From an uncultured cyanobacterium (GTDB lineage: Bacteria > Cyanobacteriota > Cyanobacteriia > Cyanobacteriales > Cyanobacteriaceae), in contig CAVQBA010000006.1 of the NCBI GenBank assembly GCA_963710605.1, positions 416,001-480,000 on the forward strand: a stretch of 64,000 nucleotides of DNA, in the 5' to 3' direction. Of the stretch, positions 47,283 to 56,582 are shown piece after piece (positions within the stretch are counted from its first letter, which is position 1; every line of letters begins with the position of its first letter). The translations under genes and the position numbers were made by a program. The notes beneath the pieces are model-generated. The model ran no database searches and was not told where the DNA came from. It worked only from the letters and a program-made list of their open reading frames with translations.

Positions 47283-47750
47283 ATGGATAGAGAAAAACTT
47301 TTGAAAAAACGAAATAAATTAAAAGCTAAAATCTATACTTCTGTCCGTATTGGCTTAATTAGGGAACTCATTAATTATCTCGACAGCAAGAAAGTTGAGT
47401 ACAACCTACATTTAGAATGCGATCGTGTTTTCAAAAAATATCCCACTAATTTTTCAGGTTTAAACTGGGGAATTATTCCTAATTCCCAACTGATTCATTA
47501 CCACACTATAGAGCAAAGAAATCAAATTATATCTAACGCCCTAACTGAGTATTTGAATAAGTCAGATCGGGTTTTTGTAGTTTGGAGCAATGGATTAACA
47601 CCTATATTAGAGTTATCTGTAAAGCAACTTATGGATAATATTGAACCTATTGTTAATGAAGATTTCGATATGTGGATTTTGCAGTTAGAAAAAGGGTTTT
47701 GTCTGGAGCATTATCACGAAGGATATGTAGCTTGGACAATTAACTCATAA
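47283..47750 (+). CDS. Hypothetical protein resembling a CdiI-type immunity family
   Basis: YP...LNW...VFVVWSN...P.LE...DMWIL....CLEHYHEG pattern. Confidence 0.5.
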   Translation: MDREKLLKKRNKLKAKIYTSVRIGLIRELINYLDSKKVEYNLHLECDRVFKKYPTNFSGLNWGIIPNSQLIHYHTIEQRNQIISNALTEYLNKSDRVFVVWSNGLTPILELSVKQLMDNIEPIVNEDFDMWILQLEKGFCLEHYHEGYVAWTINS

Positions 47751-47820
47751 TTTGAAATACTTAGGTAATAATGACAAATTAGAAATTAGCTCTAACTTAC
47801 TCAATTCAAAATTTTTGTTT

Positions 47821-47910
47821 GGTGGGCATTGCCCACCCTACTGACTATATTTGGCTCAAATACAATCGTTTGATCATGATATTTTGATTGGTGGGCAATG
47901 CCCACCCTAC
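47821..47910. repeat. Two GTAG-type REP palindromes GGTGGGCA(T/A)TGCCCACCCTAC
   Basis: Copies at 47821-47841 and 47890-47910. Confidence 0.75.
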
Positions 47911-47937
47911 TTTTCAATTATTAATTATTAATTATTC

Positions 47938-50131
47938 TTAAAACCAATCATCGTCATCCCAATCGTTTTCGTAGGGAATATTACGTTTACTATCCACTCG
48001 GTAACGTCTGTCTCGCTCGTCTCGAGGAGGATAATCATCATAACGGCGAGGAGATGGTTGATTAGCAGGAGGATTATTAGGTGGATTACTTGTAGGGCGA
48101 GAGATACTACTACCGCTATAAGGATAATCATTGCCACTTCTACGAGGAGGATAATTATTCACATCGTCATAATCTCTTCTACCGCCACCATAATAGTCTG
48201 GTTCTGGGTTACGATAAACATTACGTCCATCACGAGGATTATAATCATAATCGTCATCATCATCACCAATCAAGGTTTTTTTAATAGACTCAAATAACCC
48301 TTCATCTTCGTCTTGATATTGTAGTCTCACCTCTCGATTTAATTCGTATAAAACATCCTCTAAATCCGCTTGAGCCCTATCTAAACGTCAATCGTCATTT
48401 TTTTCTAAACTATCTAAAATCTCTGTACACAAATTTTCGACATCACGACGATAAGGAGTGGTAAACTGACTACCAAAATCAAGAGTCACCTCTCTTAACT
48501 TCCGTTGGGCTTGATTCTGTCATTGCCTTAGCCCGATTGCGTTTTTCGACTCTATCTCTTCTTTCTCTATCCTGTCTAGCAAATTCATCAGCTTCTGCTA
48601 CCATCCGTTCGATTTCTGATGTCGAAAGAGTTGATGCACCTTGAACAATAATACTTTGCTCTCTACCTGTAGTTTTGTCTCGTGCAATTATTTGTAGAAT
48701 ACCATTAGCATCAATATCAAAAGAGACTTGTACTTGCGGTACACCTCTTGGTGCTGGGGGAATACCCGTGAGCTTAAATCTACCTAAAGACTTGTTATCC
48801 TCCGCCATTTCTCTTTCGCCTTGCACTACATGAATTTCGACTGAAGTTTGATTGTTTTCTGATGTCGAAAAAATATCCGATCGTCTCACAGGTATAGTTG
48901 TATTACGAGGAACAATCTTTTTGGTTACCCCACCGATGGTTTCCACACCGATCGATAACGGACTCACATCAAGGAGTAAAATATCTTTAACCTCCCCCCC
49001 TAATATCCCTGCTTGTACTGCCGCACCGACTGCCACAACCTCATCTGGATTAACATTTTGATTAGGTTCTATCTCAATAAAACTACGAACTAATTCTTGT
49101 ACCATCGGGATGCGAGTTGAACCACCAACTAAAACCACCTCATCAATTTGCACAGGGCTTAAACCTGCATCTTTTAACGCTCTTTGAATCGGACGACGTA
49201 AACGAGAAACCAAGTCACCACAAAGTTCTTCAAATTTTGCCCTTGACAAAGCGGTCTCGATATGTTTAGGACCATCTTCGTTAGCGGCAATAAAAGGTAA
49301 ATTAATCTCAGAATTGCTAACACCAGACAATTCAACCTTGGCTTTTTCGGCGGCTTCTGTTAATCTTTGTAAGGATTGTCGATCGCTTCTTAAATCAATT
49401 TTTTCTGTTTCTAAAAATTCTTCAGCGAGATAATCGACTATTTTCTTATCAAAATCATTACCACCTAACTGAGTATCACCGCTAGTTGCCCTTACTTCTA
49501 AGACACCATCGCCAACTTCTAGGATTGAGACATCAAAAGTACCGCCTCCTAAATCAAATACCATCACTTTTTCCGCCCGTCTTTTTTCCAAACCGTAAGC
49601 TAAAGAAGCGGCAGTCGGCTCATTTACAATCCTTAAAACTTCTAAACCAGCAATTTTTCCGGCATCTTTTGTCGCTTGTCTTTGGGCATCATTAAAATAA
49701 GCAGGCACAGTAATCACCGCCCCTGTAACTTCTTCACCTAAATATCTTTCTGCTTCTTCGGCGAGTTTACGTATAATCATTGCCGAAACTTCTTCGGGGG
49801 CAAATTCTTTTTTGATGCGAGGGCAACGAATTTTAATGTTATCCATATCATCCCGACGGATAGTATATGGTACACGTTTACTTTGATCATTTAATTCGCT
49901 GTATCTACGCCCCATGTATCTTTTTAATCCATAGTAGGTATTTTTAGGGTTTAAAACAGCTTGTCGTCTCGCCATTTGCCCTACTACTAATTCGCCGTCT
50001 TTATTAAAACCGACGACAGAGGGAGTGGTGCGACTACCTTCAGAATTCGGAATGACTAATGGTTTTCCTCCTTCCATTACTGCTACTACTGAGTTAGTTG
50101 TACCTAAATCTATACCTACTACTCTTCCCAT
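47938..50131 (-). CDS. dnaK: DnaK3-type Hsp70 with long low-complexity tail ending WDDDDWF (apparent errors at ~48514 and 48388)
   Basis: [32 protein letters not shown]; corrected frame joins the 550-aa and 130-aa ORFs. Confidence 0.92.
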
Positions 50132-50477
50132 TGCTAATTTTTTCTCCAGTTTTACGATCGCTATTTATTAATGGACAATTGATAATTGATTAATCAATAT
50201 TAAAAAACTTCTCAAAAAAAAAGAGGATAAAATTTTTCATCTTTCTTTGTTTTCCCATTCTCTACTTCTAAGTAGAGGTGATTGTTAATTGTCCATTGTA
50301 CATTGTTAATTGTTGAAAATTTACTATTAATTATGATAGTGTCTATTGTATCGAATCACGTTTCATAGTTGATAGTTAATAGCTTAAACTTTAAAGCTCT
50401 ACGCCAATCACTTTGATTTTACTTTTTACTTATTATTTCTTCTCTATTATTTTCATACCTAATACCTAAACTCTATA

Positions 50478-50504
50478 AGAGCAATAAATTAGATTTATTG
50501 CTCT
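50478..50504 (-). terminator. Perfect 12-bp stem-loop just 3' of the porin gene
   Basis: AGAGCAATAAAT-tag-ATTTATTGCTCT. Confidence 0.55.
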
Positions 50505-50514
50505 GCCAAAATAC

Positions 50515-52273
50515 CTAGAAAGTGAAGGTTAACCTTAATGTACCAATTACCACATCAGGATTTCGAGAAGATTGATTAGGTGCAGTTAACCAGATAACAC
50601 CAGGAGTTAAAGAAATATTATTTGTCATTTTGTGAATGTAAAATGCCTCAATATGCCAAGGAATAGAATTTCCGGCAATTAAATCTGTATAATCATCTCC
50701 TAAATCTGACCCAAACCAATTACCTCCAGTACGATAAACTTCGGGAACTTCTGCTTTGCTTGCGTAGGGTGATGCTCCCACTACAATACCTCCTAAATTA
50801 CCTTCTTTAAACAAGTCTGGAAATGCAAAAGCAATTCCATAGGTTAAGATATCGGCTTTACTACCTTGATATTCCACTAGATTAAATGCGTCTGTACCAC
50901 CTGAAGTATTAACCTGATTATAGGCAAACCAACCATTTACAGCAAACTTAGGACTTAATTCCCATAAAGCTTGGAGACCATAGGAATTAACATTTACTTG
51001 TTGAGTCGGAACTACAGGGAAATTTGCTAAAGTCGTTCCCTGATCGTTGAAAAAAATCGGTAAACTGTTAAAAGGAGTTTCTACAGAATGGTAGCTATGG
51101 CTATAGGTTAAACCAAAGGAAAAATTATCGCTCGGTTGAACGGTTAATTGTGCTAAGGCTGAGTATCTACCATTAAATAACCCTCCTGCAAAGGGATTAC
51201 TTGCGTCTGGACTGCTAGGATTATTAGCATAAGTAGCTAAGTAACCCGCACTGAGGCTAATACTGTCGCTAAAATTATAGGTGACACCGATACCCGAATC
51301 CTATATAGTTATAAATTGCACTACGTTGTCCAAAAACCGAAAGAGAGCCTGTACCTCCATTATCGTCATCCCAACTACTAAAGGTGGTGGGTACATAGTC
51401 GTGGTGTTCTCCTCCTGTACCCATGATTACAACTTCAGCTTTATCCCCGATCGGAAATTGATAGCTTAATTCAGTTATCCCGACTGAATTATCACCAGGT
51501 AAATCGGCAATATCGTTAAAAGTTTGTTGAGCTTCAGAAGAAAAAGCTAAACCTCCTTGATACCCCCGTAAAGGGTTAGGTTCCATATTGAAATCCCCCG
51601 GACGATTAGGATGGGGAAAATTACCACTAGTCAGACGAATTTTGAGTCGATCTTGACCTGTAAAACTGGTGATTAAATCCAAACGAACTCGGTTAGCAAA
51701 AACAGTTTGTTGACTAGGATTGTCTATATCTATATTTCCCGTAGGACTAAAAATAGCAGGAAAAGTTGAGGTTGAATCATCTCCTGCTAAAACATCTGTT
51801 ATGGCAAAAATAACTTCCCCTTGTAATTTGGTGGTGGTGGAAAATTGATTATCTTCTAAGAACGCTACTCTGCCTTCTAGGTTATCAACTCTTGCACCTA
51901 AAGCGGCTAATTCTGCTTCAAATTCAGTAACTAAACGCTGTAGTGTGGCTACATCTTCTCTTAATACTGACTCGCTACCTGCGATTAAACGCTCCATTTG
52001 TTGCATACAAGCATTTAAACCTGCGGCAAATTCGTAACGGCTTAAAGCACGATTGCCACGGAAGGTACAATCTGGGTAACCGACAATACAACCGTAACGT
52101 TCCACTAAACTTGTTAAAGCTTCGTAAGCCCAATCTGTAGGGGATACATCTCTTAACTGGGATACTGAGTTAACTTGGTTGAGTTTATTCTCTTCTAACT
52201 CAATAGCGATCGCTCCTTCTATATTCCAAAGCAACGATAATCCTAAGATTACCTTAATACTAGGCTTCCACAT
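50515..52273 (-). CDS. Cyanobacterial SLH + OprB-type ('iron uptake') porin; one apparent +1 error at ~51297
   Basis: VNSVSQLRDVSPTDWAYEAL, RYEFAAGLNAC, QFSTTTKLQGEVIF, C-terminal LRLTFTF; AGGAG RBS before ATG 52273. Confidence 0.9.
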
Positions 52274-52395
52274 AAATCTCCTCACTAAATAATTATGATA
52301 ATGATTCTCATTATTTTTAATAGTAATATAATAATGGTAATCATTATCATTTTTTTAAGAGAACCAATGATTGAATTTTCTCAATGGTATAGAGG
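52206..52395. repeat. Direct repeat copy 1 (~190 bp; porin 5' end, Fur-box intergenic, lanM 5' end)
   Basis: Aligns to 53209-53398 at constant offset 1003 with 6 mismatches; begins at GCGATCGC. Confidence 0.93.
52297..52348. promoter_or_regulatory. Two Fur-box-like sites
   Basis: GATAATGATTCTCATTATT (16/19) and AATAATGGTAATCATTATC (17/19) vs GATAATGATAATCATTATC. Confidence 0.75.
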
Positions 52396-52480
52396 TCTTA
52401 ACTTACAGGAACGACAAATCTTACTTGAACAAAACGAGTTTGATGAAGCTGAGAAGGTAATCTTTTTTGATAAAGGGTGA
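52367..52480 (+). pseudogene. Truncated 5' remnant of a lanM homologue
   Basis: MIEFSQWYRGLNLQERQILLEQ vs intact LanM MIEFSQWYRGLNLRERITLLEK; ends at GTGATCGC. Confidence 0.75.
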
Positions 52481-52483
52481 TCG

Positions 52484-52906
52484 CTATCTCGTCCAATCTT
52501 CTACACGAGCAATACCAATACTGACAAAATCATTAACATTAACCGTAATTATGGTCAATTTATTAGCATTGGCAATAGCGGCAATACGACAGTCTTGTGT
52601 ACCAATTCTTTTTATTTTGGCAGGAAGTAACTGATAAATGCTTTCAGCTTCTGGGGTATAAGACAAAATTTGAAAGTGATGTAGTGCAACAAATAAGTCT
52701 TCAAAATATTGGTAAGCATAGGTTACAGATGATTTTCTTTTGACTTTTTGCACAGAGGCTAAAGCACCTTGTAATATCTCTTCAACGGTAATAATGCTAA
52801 TGAAAATTTGTTCAGGTGGTTGACTCAAAATTTTAGCTGTTAGTTGAGGATAGTAACGTCTCTCATCCAAGAAATTACTAACAACACTAGTATCCAGAAG
52901 GTACAT
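52484..52906 (-). CDS. vapC: PIN-domain VapC family toxin
   Basis: YLLDTSVVS, ISIITVEE, IGTQDCRIAAIA, ITVNVNDF. Confidence 0.9.
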   Translation of the reverse strand: MYLLDTSVVSNFLDERRYYPQLTAKILSQPPEQIFISIITVEEILQGALASVQKVKRKSSVTYAYQYFEDLFVALHHFQILSYTPEAESIYQLLPAKIKRIGTQDCRIAAIANANKLTIITVNVNDFVSIGIARVEDWTR

Positions 52907-53097
52907 TAATCTTGTTTGTCCGATTTAAGATCTAAAAGCTTTTTTGTTTCTTCTCTATCTATTTTGCGACAATGTTTAATTTCTGACTGCGTAAAATGCC
53001 AAAATTCTCCTCCAAACTTACCAGCGATATTAATTAAAGGGTTATCAATTACTTGTTTTTTTTCAGACTGTTTGTGAGAAATTTTATTTTCCATCAT
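52906..53097 (-). CDS. Putative antitoxin of the PIN toxin
   Basis: 63-aa ORF, stop overlaps the vapC start (TAATG). Confidence 0.65.
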   Translation of the reverse strand: MMENKISHKQSEKKQVIDNPLINIAGKFGGEFWHFTQSEIKHCRKIDREETKKLLDLKSDKQD

Positions 53098-53208
53098 TTT
53101 GCCCGTAACTGTTGCTTGTAATGTTCATTATAGTTTAAACAGTTGGTCAGTACGATCGAATTTTAGAAGAGTTTGGAGTACGATCGCCTTTTTGTCGAGG
53201 TGAGAGGT

Positions 53209-53398
53209 GCGATCGCTCCTTCTACATTCCAAAGCAACGATAATCCTAAGATTACCTTAATGCTAGGCTTCCACATAAATCTCCTCACTAAATAATTATG
53301 ATTATTATTCTCATTATTTTTAATAGTAATATAATAATGGTAATCATTATCATTTTTTTTGGAGAACCAATGATTGAATTTTCTCAATGGTATAGAGG
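53209..53398. repeat. Direct repeat copy 2 (porin 5' remnant, Fur boxes, start of intact lanM)
   Basis: See copy 1; begins at GCGATCGC 53209. Confidence 0.93.
53333..53351. promoter_or_regulatory. Fur-box-like site upstream of lanM
   Basis: AATAATGGTAATCATTATC, 17/19 to consensus, 18 bp before the ATG at 53370. Confidence 0.72.
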
Positions 53399-56300
53399 AC
53401 TTAATTTACGTGAAAGAATAACTTTACTAGAAAAAATCAAGACCACAGATTTCGACTTAGCCGATCGTCATCTCCAGCGTTGGCGATCGCAAAAACCTTT
53501 GACAGATGAGAATTATTATGCACAGAAATTGTCCCAAGAGGGATTAACAGAGAATGAATTTATGAGGATATTGGGGGAATCAGATGATTCTTTAGCCCAA
53601 CGTTGTGCTAGTCCAGATTGGTTAGATAAGTTAATTCAAGATTTTGAGGTTGAAGAGATTGCTAAGGTGAAGATTGCCCCTGTAGAAACTTTAAGCGACA
53701 ATCGATTAAATTTAGGGTTTTTGCATTTAGTGAAACCATTATTAAATCAAGCCCTAGTAAGTTTAGAGGTAGGAATCGAAAAATTAGGAAAAAATACTCC
53801 CTTCGCCCCAGAGAAAATTAAGGGAATTTTATCGGCTAAAATTCCAGAGCAATTATTGGGAATAGTTAGTCAAACAATGGTTTTAGAGTTAAATGTTGCC
53901 AGATTAGAAGGAAAATTATTGGGAGAAACTACGAGGGAACGTTTAATCGATTTTCTGCACAAATTAGAGCAAAAACAATCTTCTTTAGAGATACTTCAAG
54001 AATATCCAGTCTTAGCACGACAAATAGTGATTTATCTAGAACAGTGGGTAGAAGTAAGTTTAGAATTTTTAGAGCGTCTTTGTCAGGATTGGGAACTAAT
54101 TTGCGATCGCTTTAGTGGTGATTCTCCCCTTGGTATGTTAGTGAAAATACGATCGGGTGCAGGAGATTCCCATAAAAAAGGGCGATCGGTTTTTATTTTA
54201 GAATTTAGTTCTGGATTAAAACTAGTTTACAAACCCAAATCTTTAGGGATAGACGAGCATTTACAAGAGTTACTAATCTGGTTAAACCAACAAGGATTAG
54301 AGTTGCCATTTGCGATCTTAAAGATACTTAATCGAGGTGAGTATGGCTGGGTAGAATTTGTCGAAGCCAAAAGTTGTACCTGTATCGAGGAAGTTGAGCG
54401 ATTTTATCAACGAATGGGCAGTTATTTGGCTTTGATGACAGCTTTAGAAGCAACGGATTTTCACCTGGAGAATATTATCGCCCGTGGGGAAACTCCTGTT
54501 TTGATTGATTTAGAAACCCTATTTCGTCCCGAACGTCTCGATCGTAATTCCCCAGAATCTCGTTTAATAGCGAATCAAAAAATAGGTCAATCGGTGATGG
54601 CAGTAGGATTATTACCACAGAGAATAGCGGTCAAAGATGGTTCAGGGGGTTTTGATTCTAGCGGATTAGGTGCAGTGGGAGGTCAAGTTCTACCCACTCG
54701 TACTGCTGAATTAACAGGGATGGGAACGGATCGAATGCAAGTAGAACGAAAGTTTGCGACTTTATTAGAGAGTCAAAATCTTCCTTATTTAGGAGAAAAA
54801 CCTGTGGAAGTCTGGACTTATCGAGAGAATATTGAAGCAGGATTTATTGAAACTTATCGCTTATTACTAAACCATCGAGATTTATTCCTAAAACTTTGGC
54901 TACCTAAATTTGCTAATGACGAAATTAGGGTAGTTTTGCGAGATACAAGGTTATATGGATTATTATTACAAGAGAGTTTTCACCCCGATGTTTTAAGAAA
55001 TGCCCTCAATCGCGATCGCCTTTTCGATCGTCTTTGGATTGATGTTCCTAATCACCCTAGTTTAGCAAATGTGATTCGATTGGAACAAAAAGCTCTTTGG
55101 CAAGGAGATGTACCTTTCTTTTCTACTCAGGTAAATAGTCGAGATATTTGTGGAGAAGGGGAAAAACTCAGTAATTTTTTTGATAAATCAGGCTTAGAAC
55201 GAGTAAAAAATCGATTTAAACGTTTAAGTGAAAAGGATTTAGAAGAACAACTCTGGTTTATCAGAACATCGTTAACCAGTTTAGCCATGTCGGTGTCAAC
55301 TAAACCTAAAAAAATAACAGATAAGGTGCAAGAATCAGAAAAAATTGAGAATTGGGAACTACTTCAAGCTCGATTATTAGCAACATCTGAGAAGATTGCC
55401 TCTCGTTTGGAATCGTTAGCAATTCGAGCCGAAAATCAAGCAAGTTGGATTGGTTTAACTTCAGCAGGAGAAAAACATTGGACAGTCAAACCCTTAGCTT
55501 GGGATTTATTTGGCGGACTTCCCGGAATTGCTCTATTTTTTGCCTATTTAGGAGAAGTCACCCAAAAACAAAAGTACACCAAATTAGCGAAAGATACCTT
55601 AGAAACTATCTTAATTCAGACCGATTTCGATCGAGATTTAATCACTTCTGTGGGGGGTTTTGATGGCTGGGGAGGAATTATTTATACTCTTACCCATTTA
55701 GGAAATTTGTGGCAACAACCAGAATTAGGCGATTTGCTTGCAGCAGCGCTTCGCTCCCGTGCTTTAGCATTGGTCAAAAAATTATCTCCTCTAATTGCTA
55801 AAGATGAACAATTAGATATTGTAGCTGGTTGTAGTGGCTGTATTTTAGCTCTAATTAATCTCTACGATTGGGTTCAAGATGAAAATATTAAAACTGTGGC
55901 AATTCAATGTGGCGATCGCTTAATTGAAAAAGCCATTACCATGAAAAAAGGAATCGGATGGGGGACAATTGCCAATCAAAAACCTCTGAGTGGTTTTTCT
56001 CACGGAGTTGCGGGTATTTCTCTAGCTTTATTAAAATTAGCCACTTTTACAGGAGATGAACGTTATCAAAAAATAGCTCTAGAAGCATGGGAATACGAAC
56101 GTAGTCTTTTTTCTGTTACCGAAAAAAATTGGCACAATAGCGAACAAGACCAAGAAAACTTGGCAGTTGCTTGGAGTTATGGAGCAACAGGAATTGGTTT
56201 AGCCCGTTTAGGTAGTATTTCTCAGGTAAAAACAACGCAAGTTAATTTAGAAATTAATATAGCGATGGAAACTACCATAGCGTCGGGTTTTGGTAATAAT

Positions 56301-56582
56301 CATTCCCTCTGTAATGGAGATTTAGGTAGTTTAGAACTACTCCTACAAGCAATCAGCACCAAATCTCAACCCGAACTTACCCATACTTATTACCAAAAAA
56401 TTAACCAAGTACTTAATAGCATCGAACAACAAGGTTGTTATTGTGGAGTTCCCTTGGGGGTGGAAACGTTAGGATTAATGACGGGTTTAGCTGGTATTGG
56501 TTACCAACTAATTCGTTTAGCATTCGCCGATCGTATTCCTTCTTTATTATTACTTGAATCTCCCCTCAATCGCAAAATATGA
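53370..56582 (+). CDS. lanM: Class II lanthipeptide synthetase LanM (DUF4135 dehydratase + LanC-like domain)
   Basis: GDSH, KLVYKPKS, GWVEFV, TDFHLENII, IDLETLF, R..LRDT..Y; GFSHG, GLMTGLAGIGY; GGAG RBS at 53361. Confidence 0.93.
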   Translation: MIEFSQWYRGLNLRERITLLEKIKTTDFDLADRHLQRWRSQKPLTDENYYAQKLSQEGLTENEFMRILGESDDSLAQRCASPDWLDKLIQDFEVEEIAKVKIAPVETLSDNRLNLGFLHLVKPLLNQALVSLEVGIEKLGKNTPFAPEKIKGILSAKIPEQLLGIVSQTMVLELNVARLEGKLLGETTRERLIDFLHKLEQKQSSLEILQEYPVLARQIVIYLEQWVEVSLEFLERLCQDWELICDRFSGDSPLGMLVKIRSGAGDSHKKGRSVFILEFSSGLKLVYKPKSLGIDEHLQELLIWLNQQGLELPFAILKILNRGEYGWVEFVEAKSCTCIEEVERFYQRMGSYLALMTALEATDFHLENIIARGETPVLIDLETLFRPERLDRNSPESRLIANQKIGQSVMAVGLLPQRIAVKDGSGGFDSSGLGAVGGQVLPTRTAELTGMGTDRMQVERKFATLLESQNLPYLGEKPVEVWTYRENIEAGFIETYRLLLNHRDLFLKLWLPKFANDEIRVVLRDTRLYGLLLQESFHPDVLRNALNRDRLFDRLWIDVPNHPSLANVIRLEQKALWQGDVPFFSTQVNSRDICGEGEKLSNFFDKSGLERVKNRFKRLSEKDLEEQLWFIRTSLTSLAMSVSTKPKKITDKVQESEKIENWELLQARLLATSEKIASRLESLAIRAENQASWIGLTSAGEKHWTVKPLAWDLFGGLPGIALFFAYLGEVTQKQKYTKLAKDTLETILIQTDFDRDLITSVGGFDGWGGIIYTLTHLGNLWQQPELGDLLAAALRSRALALVKKLSPLIAKDEQLDIVAGCSGCILALINLYDWVQDENIKTVAIQCGDRLIEKAITMKKGIGWGTIANQKPLSGFSHGVAGISLALLKLATFTGDERYQKIALEAWEYERSLFSVTEKNWHNSEQDQENLAVAWSYGATGIGLARLGSISQVKTTQVNLEINIAMETTIASGFGNNHSLCNGDLGSLELLLQAISTKSQPELTHTYYQKINQVLNSIEQQGCYCGVPLGVETLGLMTGLAGIGYQLIRLAFADRIPSLLLLESPLNRKI
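55729..55754. repeat. 18-bp in-frame insertion within a HIP1 site (SDR-like)
   Basis: GCGA-TTTGCTTGCAGCAGCGCT-TCGC. Confidence 0.7.

Noticed and set aside
47938-48330. Separate 130-aa D/R/P/Y-rich protein
   Set aside because: It is the C-terminal tail of DnaK3 once the two GATC-site errors are corrected
32953-50131. pgi, ftsI and dnaK3 as pseudogenes (genome decay)
   Set aside because: The lesions sit at GATC/CGATCG/GGWCC motifs and the proteins are otherwise intact; sequencing error is more parsimonious
53298-53369. Ile-rich 'TM-like' N-terminus of LanM (also ORFs 52295-52480 and 53163-53387)
   Set aside because: It is the translation of ATAATG/ATTATC Fur-box DNA; the real start is ATG 53370 after GGAG, and the other two ORFs are remnants in the direct repeats
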